Below, piece by piece: positions 54,694 to 64,000 of a DNA stretch of 64,000 nt. Position numbers and translations under genes: made by a program. Origin of the DNA: Acidimicrobiia bacterium (GTDB taxonomy: Bacteria; Actinomycetota; Acidimicrobiia; Spongiisociales; UBA5794); the NCBI GenBank assembly GCA_035461905.1, contig DATHUV010000143.1:1587-65586 (forward strand), read 5' to 3'. Numbering within the stretch: the stretch's first letter is position 1; each line of letters opens with the position of its first letter. The notes under the pieces were generated by a model. It searched no databases and was not told the DNA's origin. It was given only the letters and a program-made list of their open reading frames with translations.

Positions 54694-55551
54694 ATGAAGC
54701 ACACGACAACCGTGCATGGCCGAACCATGGCCTTCGTCGAGGTCGGGGATGGCGAACCCATCATCTTCCTCCACGGCAATCCAACGTCGTCGTACCTGTG
54801 GCGCAAGGTCATCCCACATCTCGCCGATCGATACCGATGCGTCGCTCCCGACCTGATCGGCATGGGCGACTCCGACAAGCTCCCCGATTCCGGTGCCGAC
54901 TCGTACACGTTCGTCGAGCACCGGCACTACCTCGATGGCCTGCTCGACGCACTCGACCTCGGGGATCGGGTGACCCTCGTCGTCCACGACTGGGGCAGCG
55001 GCCTCGGGTTCGATTGGGCGCACCGGCACGCCGATCGGATCGTCGGCATGGCATACATGGAAGCCCTCGTGACGCCAGTGACGTGGGACGACTGGCCGGA
55101 GGCGGCCCGCTCCATCTTCCAAGCTTTGCGCAGCGACGCCGGGGAGGCGCTGGTGCTCGAGAAGAACCTGTTCGTCGAGCGCATCCTGCCGGCCTCCATC
55201 CTCCGGGAGCTGACTGGCGGGGAGATGGCCACCTACAGGGCGCCCTTCGTCGAACCCGGCGAGCAGCGTCGCCCGACACTCACGTGGCCGAGGCAGATCC
55301 CGATCGACGGCATTCCAAAGGACGTCCACGACATCGTGGCCGGGTACTCGGCATGGCTTTCGGAGACCACGATTCCGAAGCTCTTCATCAACGCCGAACC
55401 GGGCAGCATCCTCGTTGGGCGCCAGCGCGAGGTAGCGCGAGGATTCCCGAACCAGCGGGAAGTCACGGTCGCGGGTATCCACTTCATCCAGGAGGATTCA
55501 CCGGACGAGATCGGCCAGGCGATCGCTCAGTGGCGAGCCGGACTCGCCTGA
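54694..55551 (+). CDS. Haloalkane dehalogenase (HLD-II, DhaA/LinB-like alpha/beta hydrolase)
   Basis: Track ORF trimmed to ATG 54694. Motifs seen: [11 protein letters not shown], nucleophile VHDWGS, catalytic His in [10 protein letters not shown]. 285 aa. Confidence 0.85.
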   Translation: MKHTTTVHGRTMAFVEVGDGEPIIFLHGNPTSSYLWRKVIPHLADRYRCVAPDLIGMGDSDKLPDSGADSYTFVEHRHYLDGLLDALDLGDRVTLVVHDWGSGLGFDWAHRHADRIVGMAYMEALVTPVTWDDWPEAARSIFQALRSDAGEALVLEKNLFVERILPASILRELTGGEMATYRAPFVEPGEQRRPTLTWPRQIPIDGIPKDVHDIVAGYSAWLSETTIPKLFINAEPGSILVGRQREVARGFPNQREVTVAGIHFIQEDSPDEIGQAIAQWRAGLA

Positions 55552-55603
55552 CCGCGCACGACAGGGCGCCCTCGTTGCGTGGTAACCCCGCGATACTCGG
55601 GGG

Positions 55604-56131
55604 GTGATGACCGGCATCCCAGAACCGATCGAGCGGGTGATCCGCGCCTCGATGCTCGACGTCGAGTTCTACAACGAGGCTGAGGCAGATACATCCCTCA
55701 ACGGTGCTGCCGCGATCGTTGTCGTTCTCGCAACGGCGCTCGGTGGCATCGGCGCAGCCTTCGCGACCGAGGTGAACATCGTCGCGGGTGCGTTTGCGGG
55801 CGCGGTCACCGGGGTCATCGGGTGGCTCGTGTGGTCAGCCATCGCCCTGTTCATCGGGAGTCGCCTCGGCGGCACGTCCGATTTCGGCGAGATGGTGAGG
55901 GTCATCGGGTTCTCGTACGCGCCGCTTGCGATCGGTGTGGTCCCATGGCTCGGGCTCGTCGGCGCGATCTGGGCCCTCGTTGCAGCGGTGATCGCGATCA
56001 GGGAGGGCATGGACTTCTCGACAGCCAAGGCCATCGCCACCATGGCCTTCGGATGGGGAGCATGGCTCCTTCTTTCGCTCGTTGTCCAGGCGGTACTCGA
56101 CATCGAGATCAATGGGGGCTGGCCGCTCTGA
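55604..56131 (+). CDS. Yip1-family membrane protein
   Basis: 175 aa (GTG 55604, ATG at 55607). Cytosolic N-terminus, then 4-5 TM helices with the VIGFSYAPLAIGVVPWLG pattern seen in YIP1/DUF1282-type proteins. Confidence 0.65.
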   Translation: MMTGIPEPIERVIRASMLDVEFYNEAEADTSLNGAAAIVVVLATALGGIGAAFATEVNIVAGAFAGAVTGVIGWLVWSAIALFIGSRLGGTSDFGEMVRVIGFSYAPLAIGVVPWLGLVGAIWALVAAVIAIREGMDFSTAKAIATMAFGWGAWLLLSLVVQAVLDIEINGGWPL

Positions 56132-56145
56132 TCAGGATTGCCTGA

Positions 56146-57267
56146 TCACACCACGGTGGTCTCGCCGCGACGGCGTTCCTTCCACTCCTGCCTCCACGAT
56201 CGGTTCGACCGCCAGAAGATCCACGATGCCATGCCGATGGGAATGGGCGGGAGCAGGCTCAGGGCACGGAACAGCAGGACACCCGCCGCGATCAGGGCGG
56301 CATCCACCGGTTCGCCGGGATTTGTCGTCTGCCAACCGAGGGTGAGTAGCCCTATCCAACCGAGGTCAACGAGGCCGAGGCCGCCAGGGCTGACCGGGAT
56401 CATCACGAGGAACCGCCCGAGTGCGAACGAAAGGATGACCCAGGGAAGCGGGATGTCATCGGTCGTGATCCCGACGGCGTAGATCGATGCGGTGTACAGG
56501 CCGGCCATGGCGACATGGTTGCCGACGGTCGCGGTCGTGAGGGGCAGTGCCCTCGTCGAGATCACGCTGGTCAGGTCCGTGCGGAACTGCATGACCGCCG
56601 AGTGGGTGTCGGGCGGATCCTTGCGCACGATGCGTGCGACTCGAGCGACCAAGCGATCGAGCCACCCGGCGATGCGCTCGGCGGCCGACCCCGATCGCAG
56701 GAGGGTCACGACGAGCCAGATCGAGAAGGCAACCCACACGGCGCCGCCGACGCTGACGAACCACATCCATCCAAGTGCGTCGCCCGCCACGGCGATGGCT
56801 ACGACCGCGAGCACGGGAAGGGCGATGCGAACGTACCAATCCCAAACACCAGCTGCCAGGAGCCCGGCCGAGACGGAGTGCGGTGTGAAGCCCCATGACA
56901 GGTACATGGCATAGTTGAGCCCGATGGCGATGGCCCCTCCTGAAGGGAGGGAGTTGGTGACGGCCGTTCCGGTCATGTGGTTGACGAAGGCCTCCCGGAA
57001 TCGCAGCGTGTCGAGGACGGACATGAGCACGATCGGATAGGCGACGAGGAAGGCGATCGACACGATCGACAGGAAGATCCACGCACCGGGGCTGACGTCG
57101 ATGAGCACGTCCAGGATCGATCGGTAGTCGGAGAACTGTGGAACGACGAACCCGAAGACGATCACGAGGACGGCCACCGTGATCGCGACCGAGACCGCCC
57201 GCTTCCACAGTGGTGGAGCAGTCCTCGACGGGATCGGTGTGTCGTCCTCGGTCCCGTCCGGTGTCAT
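56146..57267 (-). CDS. UPF0104 / lysylphosphatidylglycerol-synthase-TM-like (flippase-like) membrane protein
   Basis: Track ORF trimmed to MTPDGTEDD (ATG at complement 57265-57267, overlapping the upstream SDR stop as ATGA). About 8 TM helices. The PVSPGGLGLVDLG motif is typical of the family. Confidence 0.75.
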   Translation of the reverse strand: MTPDGTEDDTPIPSRTAPPLWKRAVSVAITVAVLVIVFGFVVPQFSDYRSILDVLIDVSPGAWIFLSIVSIAFLVAYPIVLMSVLDTLRFREAFVNHMTGTAVTNSLPSGGAIAIGLNYAMYLSWGFTPHSVSAGLLAAGVWDWYVRIALPVLAVVAIAVAGDALGWMWFVSVGGAVWVAFSIWLVVTLLRSGSAAERIAGWLDRLVARVARIVRKDPPDTHSAVMQFRTDLTSVISTRALPLTTATVGNHVAMAGLYTASIYAVGITTDDIPLPWVILSFALGRFLVMIPVSPGGLGLVDLGWIGLLTLGWQTTNPGEPVDAALIAAGVLLFRALSLLPPIPIGMASWIFWRSNRSWRQEWKERRRGETTVV

Positions 57268-58175
57268 GTGGATGGCCCCGAAAGCCCGAGGAGTGCCTCG
57301 CTCACCCTCCAGAGCCGTTCCGCCTGGTGGTCGTCGCGGGCGTGGCGTGTGGAGCGGGCCTCGGCGCCATCCTCGAAGTAACCGCCATGTGGCTCCGGAT
57401 CCGGGTCGGCGGTCGCGAGCCATGTGACCGTGTCGGCGCCCTCAGCGGGCGAACGCTGCCGCCACGACGTGAGCCGCCACGCGATCGAGGCGATCAGTGA
57501 ATCACCGTCCCTGCCGATCGATGTGCGCACCAGGCCGGGGTGCATCGAATAGCCGGAGACCCCGTCCGGTCGATGCCTGCGGTCGTACTCCCTCGCATGG
57601 AGGATGTTCGCGAGCTTCGAGACCCCGTACGCACCCCTCATCGAGTAGCGGCCTTCCCAGGTCAGGTCGTCGAATGGGATCCCCTCGCGTGCATACCCGT
57701 GCCCTGACGATGCGACGTTGACAACGCGGCTCGGCGAGCAGGAGATGAGCATGGGGGTCAGGAGGTGCGTCAGCAGGAACGGACCGAGGTGGTTCGTCGC
57801 GAATGTGCGTTCCACGCCATCGGAGGTGAGTTCCCTGCGCCCGAAGATCCCGCCCGCGTTGTTCACCAGGACGGCGAGGTCGGCCTTCGAGTTCGCGAAC
57901 TGCTCTGCGAAGGAACGAATCGACCCCCGATCCTCGAGGTCGAGGAGCATCGCATCGACGCGGCCGCCCGATTCCGCAGAGATCTGAGCGGCTGCCGTCG
58001 TTCCGCGCTCGGGATCGCGGGCTGTGATGACAACGTGGGCGCCCGCATGACCGAGGGCGGTGGCCGTCGCCCGTCCGATTCCGGAGTTGCCGCCTGTCAC
58101 GATGACGGTGCGTTCTTCGATGGACCAGCTCACGGATGGGGAGCGTAACGGCACCGTGTCGAGCCGATCCCTCAT
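57264..58175 (-). CDS. Short-chain dehydrogenase/reductase (SDR)
   Basis: 303 aa with [13 protein letters not shown] and catalytic YGVSK. The start may be further downstream because only 47 bp separate it from the divergent regulator gene. Confidence 0.85.
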   Translation of the reverse strand: MRDRLDTVPLRSPSVSWSIEERTVIVTGGNSGIGRATATALGHAGAHVVITARDPERGTTAAAQISAESGGRVDAMLLDLEDRGSIRSFAEQFANSKADLAVLVNNAGGIFGRRELTSDGVERTFATNHLGPFLLTHLLTPMLISCSPSRVVNVASSGHGYAREGIPFDDLTWEGRYSMRGAYGVSKLANILHAREYDRRHRPDGVSGYSMHPGLVRTSIGRDGDSLIASIAWRLTSWRQRSPAEGADTVTWLATADPDPEPHGGYFEDGAEARSTRHARDDHQAERLWRVSEALLGLSGPST

Positions 58176-58222
58176 GCCCCTCTCACGAAGCCTTCACGGC
58201 TCTCTCAGGTGCCAACCGTACG

Positions 58223-58921
58223 ATGGGGCCGATGAACGCTGCCCCTTCCCGGATTCTCGTCGTCGAGGACGACGCCTCCGTGCGTGAGGCCCTTCAACGC
58301 GCCCTTTCGTTCGAGGGGTATGACATCGAAACCGCCACCGACGGCGCCGTGGCGTTGTCCTCGATCCGCGCCAACGACATCGATCTCGTCGTGCTTGACG
58401 TCATGATGCCCCACCTCGACGGAATCGAGACGTGCAGGCGCATCCGGGCATCCGGAAACACCGTTCCGATCCTCATGCTCACCGCGAAGGTGGCGGTGGG
58501 CGACAGGGTCGAGGGCCTCGATGCCGGAGCCGACGATTACCTGACGAAGCCCTTCGCGCTCGACGAGCTCCTCGCACGGGTCCGCGCCCTGCTCAGGCGG
58601 GCAGGAGGGGACGTTTCGTCCGTGATCGGGTTCGGCGATCTCACGATCGACCCCGGTGCCCGAACGGCGACGAGGGGGGAACGAGACCTCCAACTGACGA
58701 AGACCGAATTCGATCTCCTCGTCGTGTTGGCGAGGGCGCCGGGCATCGTCATCGACCGTGACACCCTCTACGAGGAGATCTGGGGAATCGACTTCCAGAC
58801 GACGTCGAACTCGCTCGACGTGTACATCGGGTACCTCCGGCGCAAGACGGAGGCCGGTGGCGAACCCCGCATCATCCACACCGTGCGCGGCGTCGGGTAC
58901 GTGCTGCGAGCAGAATCATGA
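58223..58921 (+). CDS. OmpR/PhoB-family response regulator (MprA/MtrA-like)
   Basis: Track ORF trimmed to ATG 58223 (alternative at 58232). ILVVEDD, phospho-acceptor [13 protein letters not shown], and a winged helix ending [10 protein letters not shown]. Confidence 0.9.
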   Translation: MGPMNAAPSRILVVEDDASVREALQRALSFEGYDIETATDGAVALSSIRANDIDLVVLDVMMPHLDGIETCRRIRASGNTVPILMLTAKVAVGDRVEGLDAGADDYLTKPFALDELLARVRALLRRAGGDVSSVIGFGDLTIDPGARTATRGERDLQLTKTEFDLLVVLARAPGIVIDRDTLYEEIWGIDFQTTSNSLDVYIGYLRRKTEAGGEPRIIHTVRGVGYVLRAES

Positions 58922-60273
58922 CGATTCGCAGGCGAATCACCGTCGCCACAGCCGTGGCGGTCGGTGTCACCGTCGTGGTCGTCATCCTTGGCTCGTTCGT
59001 CGCGGCGCGCCAGCAGGTCCTCGACCCGATCGATCAGAGCCTGCTCGCGCGAGCCTCGATCATCGAGAGCGCTCCGGAGAGGGACTTCCCCGCCAACCTG
59101 TTCCGACCAGGTGGTAGCAGGGTCGGCGCCCTCCTCAGTCCGGGTCGTGTAGGTGAGTTCGACGCGGTCTACTACCAGATCATCCTCCCCGGCGGATCGA
59201 CGATCAACGTCGGCACCGACGCCCTCCAACTCCCGCAACCGGTGCCTGAGGAGATCGGCGTCGGGGTCGCAGAGCTCCGATCCATCTGGGTCGATGACGT
59301 GCACCTGCGGGTGGCTGCGATCGTTCGACCCGGGACCGGCGCCGTCGCACAGGTCGCACGCCCCCTCACGGAAGCAGACCAGACCCTTCGTCGGTTCTCA
59401 GGAATGCTCCTCGTCGGAGCGATTGCGGGTATCGGCCTCGCCATCGCTCTGGGAGCCCTGGTGTCGCGAACTGCCGTCAGGCCGATCGAGAGCCTCGAGG
59501 AGTCGATTGGGGCGATCTCGGCATCGGGTGGGATGGGTGATCGGCTCGCAACGGATGGGGACGACGAGGTGGCCTCACTCGCACGGGCATTCAATCGGCT
59601 TCTGGAACAGCTGGAGGAGTCCAAGGCCCAACAGGTCAGGTTGGTCCGTGACGCGGGCCACGAGCTCCGTACCCCGCTCACTGCGCTTCGTACCAACCTC
59701 GAAGTCCTCCAGCGCCACGAAGTAGGAGAGGAGGAGAGGTTCGCGATGATCGCCGCAGCGAATGCAGAGGTCGAGGAACTCAGCTCCCTGGTGGTCGAGA
59801 TCGTCGACCTCGCTACCGAGGGTCGCGAGCAGGGTCCGCTGGCACGGGTCGCACTCGACGACGTCGTCGGGTCGGCGATCGAGCGGGTCCGTCGTCGCAC
59901 GGACCGGCCGATCGACCTGACGAGCGACGACTCGACGGTGATGGGTCGACGTGATGCCCTCGAGCGGGCCGTCGTGAATCTCCTGGCGAACGCAGAGACG
60001 TGGTCGCCGGCGGGCGGAACGATCGAGGTCGTCGTGGAGGCTGGCAGAGTGACAGTTCTCGACGAGGGCCCCGGCTTCGATGCCGCGGACCTCCCTCACG
60101 TCTTCGAACGCTTCTACCGGTCGGATCGCGCACGCACCAACCCGGGTTCTGGCCTCGGGCTCTCCATCGTCGAACAAGTTGCGATCGACCACGGAGGCTC
60201 TGTGTTCGCTGCGAACCGCACGGATCGCCACGGTGCCGAAGTCGGCTTCACCATCCCGCTCACCCGCGAGTGA
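58918..60273 (+). CDS. Sensor histidine kinase (2 TM, HAMP, HisKA, HATPase_c)
   Basis: ATG overlaps the regulator stop (ATGA). H-box [13 protein letters not shown]1 DEGPGF, G2 GSGLGLSIV. 451 aa. Confidence 0.9.
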   Translation: MTIRRRITVATAVAVGVTVVVVILGSFVAARQQVLDPIDQSLLARASIIESAPERDFPANLFRPGGSRVGALLSPGRVGEFDAVYYQIILPGGSTINVGTDALQLPQPVPEEIGVGVAELRSIWVDDVHLRVAAIVRPGTGAVAQVARPLTEADQTLRRFSGMLLVGAIAGIGLAIALGALVSRTAVRPIESLEESIGAISASGGMGDRLATDGDDEVASLARAFNRLLEQLEESKAQQVRLVRDAGHELRTPLTALRTNLEVLQRHEVGEEERFAMIAAANAEVEELSSLVVEIVDLATEGREQGPLARVALDDVVGSAIERVRRRTDRPIDLTSDDSTVMGRRDALERAVVNLLANAETWSPAGGTIEVVVEAGRVTVLDEGPGFDAADLPHVFERFYRSDRARTNPGSGLGLSIVEQVAIDHGGSVFAANRTDRHGAEVGFTIPLTRE

Positions 60274-60358
60274 GTCTCATTCGTCTCTCATCCCGCCCTC
60301 AGGCTGCGCCCATGCGCGTGCGCGATGCTCGAGGTGCGAAGGGTGAAAGGAGCCAACC

Positions 60359-60883
60359 ATGAAGACGATCCTCGCATCGCTCGCCGCAGCCGGAGTGCTT
60401 GTGGCAGGAGCGTTCATCGCATCGACACTGGCTGATGCGCCGGCGGATGCGCAGGTGGCGCAGGTGCCGACCGCGGACATGACGGACACTGTCGGGCCAC
60501 TCGTCGAGGTACTCGACGGCCTGGTGACGGACGGCGTCCTCACGCAGACCCAGGCGGACGAGGTGCGCGAGCGACTCCTCGCCGCCCACACGGAATGGTG
60601 GACGGAGCGTCGCGAGCTCCGAGAGGAGAGGCGAGCCGATCGTCAGGAGCGTCGCGCGGAGAGGCGAGCCGATCGCGAGCTCATCAGAGGCTTCCTCGAG
60701 GACGGTGTGATCGACTCGGACGAGCTCGCACAGCTCGGCGACGACCATCCGTTCAACGATCCGGACGGCCCGTGGGCGGATGTCGCGAGCGACGGACAGA
60801 TCACGCGCGAGGAGCTCGCACGGGTCGCTCAGATGTGGCATGAGCGCCGCAGCGGGGCAACCGAAGGAGGAAAGGGCGCCTGA
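60359..60883 (+). CDS. Secreted helical protein, function unknown
   Basis: 174 aa. Signal peptide MKTILASLAAAGVLVAGAFIASTLADA. Charged helical core with an 11-aa repeat ERRADRQERRA/ERRADRELIRG, encoded by a 17-bp direct repeat at 60626-60642 and 60659-60675. GAAAGGAG upstream. Confidence 0.6.
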   Translation: MKTILASLAAAGVLVAGAFIASTLADAPADAQVAQVPTADMTDTVGPLVEVLDGLVTDGVLTQTQADEVRERLLAAHTEWWTERRELREERRADRQERRAERRADRELIRGFLEDGVIDSDELAQLGDDHPFNDPDGPWADVASDGQITREELARVAQMWHERRSGATEGGKGA

Positions 60884-60910
60884 CGTCCGGCGAGGTCACA
60901 TCGACGCACC

Positions 60911-60945
60911 GCAGGACGCCCGTGTCGGTCGACCGGGCGTCCTGC
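60911..60945 (+). terminator. 12-bp GC-rich stem hairpin after the secreted-protein gene
   Basis: GCAGGACGCCCG (60911-60922) pairs with CGGGCGTCCTGC (60934-60945) around an 11-nt loop, 28 nt after the stop codon. Confidence 0.5.
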
Positions 60946-61046
60946 GCGTCGCCTCCTCGTTGATCGAGCCGCGGCTCCGTCGACCGAGTCCCTCGGCGTA
61001 TCGTTCATGTGGCCACGACGACGACCTATCAGGGAGGACCGAAGGC

Positions 61047-62309
61047 GTGGAACGCCAGGCACTCCTGTCCGCCTTTCTCGCAGGCGTGAAGGCATGCGAT
61101 CCTGCTTCCCTGATTCGGGATCATCTCTCGGAACGGTCCGGCACCATCGTGATCGGACACGGCGATGGCGGCGTCGGCTACGACGTGCGTCCGAGCGACG
61201 TGGTCGTCGTCGGTATCGGCAAGGCAGCTGTCGGGATGGCCGAGGCGGCGTGCTCGGTGACGGGAGCAGCGCGAGGTGTGGTCGTCACGGACCGTCCTTC
61301 GTCGAGCCCTCTTCGGGTCATCATCGGGGACCACCCGGTTCCCGGCGAGGCGAGCTGCGAAGCCGGTGCCGAGCTCGTCCGGTTCCTCTCGACCGTTGGT
61401 GCGGATGACCTTGTCATCTTCTGTGTATCCGGTGGTGGCTCGGCGCTCGTCGAGGTGCCCGTTCCGGGCGTCACCAGGGACGATGTCTCCGTGCTCAACG
61501 CGTCGCTCGTCACGAGCGGACTTGCGATCGAGGACATGAACGAGGTGAGGGCGGCAGTGAGCGCCATCAAAGCAGGAGGCATCCTCGACTTCACTGCGGC
61601 ACGGCGCGTCGTCACGCTCGTCCTGAGCGATCTGCCCCACGGCCCAGCTTCGGCGGTTGCGTCGGGACCGTCCATCCCGAGCGACCTCGGGAGCCGCGCC
61701 GGCCGGATCCTCGCGCACAGTGGCCTCGAGGTTCCGGATTCGGTTCGTGGGGCCATCGAACGCGGCCGCCCGAGGACCGCCACGGAGCGGGAAGGGATCG
61801 TGGTCGTCGTCGGATCGCCTCGTACCGCTGCAGCGGCGGCGGCGGCGGAGCTCGAAGCAGGTGGCGCCGTCGTCGATCTCGTGGAGGAACCGCTGGCAGG
61901 GAGTGTTCCGGAGGAGTTGGAACGGTTCGTCGCACGGATGGCGAACGGACGGGTCGTGGTGGCTGCTGGTGAATCGACGCTCGAGGTACGGGGATCCGGC
62001 GTCGGGGGCCGGAACCAGCATGCGGCGCTGCTCGCAGCCGGGGTGCTCGACGGCACCGTCGGCACCTTCGGAGCCTTCGCGACGGACGGGAGGGACGGGC
62101 CGACGACGGCCGCCGGTGCGATCGTCGACGCCGCCTCCATCTCGAGGATGCGCGCCCACGACGTGGACCCCGGAGGCGCCGTTGCGACGTTCGACTCGCA
62201 CCGTGCCCTGCAGGCGTCCGGGGACCTCGTGGAGACCGGACGGACCGGGACGAATGTCGCAGACCTCTGGATCGGGTCCGTCAGTCGATGGACCCGAGGA
62301 ACTCCGTGA
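61047..62309 (+). CDS. Glycerate 2-kinase / hydroxypyruvate-reductase-like protein (DUF4147 + MOFRL)
   Basis: Track ORF 60780..62309 trimmed to GTG 61047 (AGGGAGGA 8 nt upstream). Motifs seen: VVVGIGKAAVGMA, GDHPVPGEAS, SGGGSALVE, GGRNQHAAL, TDGRDGPT. Confidence 0.8.
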   Translation: MERQALLSAFLAGVKACDPASLIRDHLSERSGTIVIGHGDGGVGYDVRPSDVVVVGIGKAAVGMAEAACSVTGAARGVVVTDRPSSSPLRVIIGDHPVPGEASCEAGAELVRFLSTVGADDLVIFCVSGGGSALVEVPVPGVTRDDVSVLNASLVTSGLAIEDMNEVRAAVSAIKAGGILDFTAARRVVTLVLSDLPHGPASAVASGPSIPSDLGSRAGRILAHSGLEVPDSVRGAIERGRPRTATEREGIVVVVGSPRTAAAAAAAELEAGGAVVDLVEEPLAGSVPEELERFVARMANGRVVVAAGESTLEVRGSGVGGRNQHAALLAAGVLDGTVGTFGAFATDGRDGPTTAAGAIVDAASISRMRAHDVDPGGAVATFDSHRALQASGDLVETGRTGTNVADLWIGSVSRWTRGTP

Positions 62310-63498
62310 TCGCAGCCTCGTAGGCCTCCGGCGCAAGGTTCCACGAGCGTGTGTGCCCGGCCGCCGTCGTCACCAGGGTGACGATGTCAGGCCGAAGTGA
62401 AGCCATCTCGGCGCTGGTCGAGTGGGGAACCGCCACGTCCTCGGTGCCGTGGAAGATCAGCATCGGCGCGTGGATGTTGTTCGTCTGGTCCAGATAGTCG
62501 GTCGCCGCCCAGTCGACGTCGAATCGCCAGGTCGAGATCCACTTCGCGGCACTGGTGAGCACCTGTGGGAGCTTGACCGGAAGGAGCGGAAGCTCGGTGA
62601 GCGAGGCGCGGTAGTCGACGGAGTCGGTGAAGCTCAGCACAGGGGAATCGAGGATCACGGCGCGGGTGAAGTTCCTGAGCGGCGATTGTGTCAGGTAGCT
62701 CGCGATCATGGATCCTGCGTACGAGTATCCGACGAGGATGTGGTCGACGGCGCCATTCTCGTTCGCGTACCGAACCGCCCCTGCGACGTCTGACCAATCC
62801 GTCTGTCCGTAGGTGTGGTACCCGGATGGATCCCTCGGCTGACCGACATCGTTGCGGTAGTTGATCACCAGGATGGGATATCCCTGCTCCCTGAGGACAG
62901 GGACGATTCGCAGTGCCTCCTCGAGCGTGCCCCCCTTGCCGTGGACGACGATTGCCCAGGTGTCGGAGGTTCCGGGGATGTACCAGGCCGGGAACGACCC
63001 GATGTCCGACCGATACGTGACCATCTCGACCTCGACGCCGATGTCGTCCGGGCCCTGCCAGTAATAGACGTCGACTTTCGCGTCGGTCCCGACGGGCGGT
63101 ACGGGCTGACCAGACTCGAGCGACCGGCGGTCCTCGAGCCCTTGCCCCGTCTCTGTCGACGAGATGAGCCCGCCGGAGCGTGCGTAGCCGTTCTCCCAGA
63201 GCAGGGCGCTGAGGCCCTCCTCTCCGGCCTGATCAGTCGAAGACGACCCGAGCAGTGTCACGGTCGAGGGGTCCGACGCGATGACCTCCCAATCGAGGCT
63301 TGCGGGCTCACTCGTGGGCGGCTCGAGTGCGCCTGACTCGATCTCTCCCGAGTAGTACCACGCGACCACGAGGAAGAGGGCGAGGATGATCACGCCCAAG
63401 ATGGCGAGGAGGCGGATCATGCCGCCGAGGAGCGAGCCTCGCTTGAGGCGGGCGCGGGGCTCGCCCGGCGATGCCGTCTGACTGGTGCGCTTGCCCAT
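62281..63498 (-). CDS. Membrane-anchored alpha/beta hydrolase
   Basis: 405 aa. N-terminal TM anchor (LLAILGVIILALFLVVAWYY). WAIVVHGKGG, a nucleophile-elbow-like VGYSYAGS, and late FHGTEDV. The 3' end overlaps the convergent gene by 29 bp. Confidence 0.75.
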   Translation of the reverse strand: MGKRTSQTASPGEPRARLKRGSLLGGMIRLLAILGVIILALFLVVAWYYSGEIESGALEPPTSEPASLDWEVIASDPSTVTLLGSSSTDQAGEEGLSALLWENGYARSGGLISSTETGQGLEDRRSLESGQPVPPVGTDAKVDVYYWQGPDDIGVEVEMVTYRSDIGSFPAWYIPGTSDTWAIVVHGKGGTLEEALRIVPVLREQGYPILVINYRNDVGQPRDPSGYHTYGQTDWSDVAGAVRYANENGAVDHILVGYSYAGSMIASYLTQSPLRNFTRAVILDSPVLSFTDSVDYRASLTELPLLPVKLPQVLTSAAKWISTWRFDVDWAATDYLDQTNNIHAPMLIFHGTEDVAVPHSTSAEMASLRPDIVTLVTTAAGHTRSWNLAPEAYEAAITEFLGSID

Positions 63499-63610
63499 CG
63501 AAGCCTCCAGGTACCTGGTCCAGCCACGCAGCGTAGTCCCGGGAGGACCACGCTCACAGTGTTCTTTCGCTCGCAGGTCCGCCCCACCAACGGATCGTTA
63601 CGATGCCCCC

Positions 63611-64000
63611 GTGACTCGGCGCACCCGCATCGCCAAACTTCCCGTAGCCGGGTTCGCCATTGCCCTCGCCATCGGGGCGTGCTCGGGCGCCTCGTTCGGT
63701 GACTACGGCGTCGGTGCGGCGTTTCCGGGAGGCGAGGGCACCGTGACGAACTACGGACCCGGCGCATTCAGCCAGCCCGCGGCGAACCTCGATGCCGAGC
63801 ATGTCGCACGTTTTCGGATCGGAGACGCGTTTTTCACCGAAGCGTGGGTTCCCGCCGGTGACAGTGGGGATGAACGGGACGGGCTCGGTCCGACCTACCT
63901 CGCATCGTCGTGTGCGGCGTGCCATCCGGCGGACGGGAGGTCCGATGCGCCCGCAACGCCCGGATCTGCGAGTCGACCGATCCTGCGTTTTGCCGGCGGA
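63611..64000 (+). CDS. Di-haem oxidoreductase / DUF1111-type lipoprotein (N-terminal part; runs off the right edge)
   Basis: Hand translation from GTG 63611: VTRRTRIAKLPVAGFAIALAIGAC/SGASFGDYG...FRIGDAFFTEAWV...RDGLGPTYLASSCAACHPADGRS. It has a lipobox, a CxxCH haem motif and the G..F...W/GLGP pattern of the family. Not in the track because no stop lies in the window. Confidence 0.7.
   Translation, partial: MTRRTRIAKLPVAGFAIALAIGACSGASFGDYGVGAAFPGGEGTVTNYGPGAFSQPAANLDAEHVARFRIGDAFFTEAWVPAGDSGDERDGLGPTYLASSCAACHPADGRSDAPATPGSASRPILRFAGG

Noticed and set aside
62281-62309. 29-bp overlap of the convergent glycerate-kinase and hydrolase genes as something functional
   Set aside because: Short 3'-end overlaps of convergent genes are common in GC-rich genomes with few stop codons. 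No structure or repeat is associated with it.
61029-62344. Two overlapping ~400-aa minus-strand ORFs opposite the glycerate-kinase gene
   Set aside because: Both are Arg/Pro/Ser-rich antisense frames. The plus frame has DUF4147/MOFRL motifs and a good SD.

Overview
This is a GC-rich, densely coded chromosomal segment with strong G/C preference at codon position 3. Gene content suggests an actinobacterium, possibly Acidimicrobiia-like. The pointers are an MprAB-like two-component pair, an LCP protein, a giant NAD-glutamate dehydrogenase, a DUF222-type HNH remnant and poly-Thr linkers in exported proteins. That placement is inference only.

I call 65 protein-coding regions: two run off the window edges, one is a 54-codon ORF missing from the track, and one is interrupted by an in-frame TGA. 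I also call one decayed HNH-endonuclease pseudogene next to a 15-nt tandem repeat, four strong hairpins or palindromes at gene ends, and two likely operator regions. I found no rRNA, tRNA, CRISPR array, integrase, transposase or intact mobile element. Most long ORFs in the track that lie antisense to these genes are GC-rich shadow frames.

Recognisable modules:
- a paaABCDE phenylacetyl-CoA oxygenase operon with a terminal TetR regulator and a perfect palindromic operator
- a 1596-aa NAD-GDH
- an aldehyde-dehydrogenase / epimerase / PfkB-kinase / SDR / amidohydrolase cluster
- an envelope cluster (DUF3179, CPBP protease, acyltransferase-3, LCP)
- a tryptophanase-family lyase with a TetR regulator and an SRPBCC protein
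- a COG2907 / DUF1365 lipid-modification-type pair
- MarR / YceI
- an OmpR/HK pair next to an SDR / UPF0104 membrane operon

I do not see a convincing, complete novel multi-gene system such as a defence island. The best leads are:
1. A cNMP-gated histidine kinase translationally coupled to a receiver-fused TrxR-like flavoprotein that has lost every redox cysteine, with a divergent MBL-hydrolase/LtrA pair.
2. A 153-codon ORF upstream of a DivIVA-domain gene, split by an in-frame TGA that is followed by a stem-loop.
3. A 513-bp gap holding a frameshifted HNH remnant and a codon-phased 15-nt minisatellite.
4. A 24-bp perfect hairpin that supplies the last four codons and the stop of both convergent neighbours.

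All family assignments come from reading motifs in the translations by eye. No database search was run.
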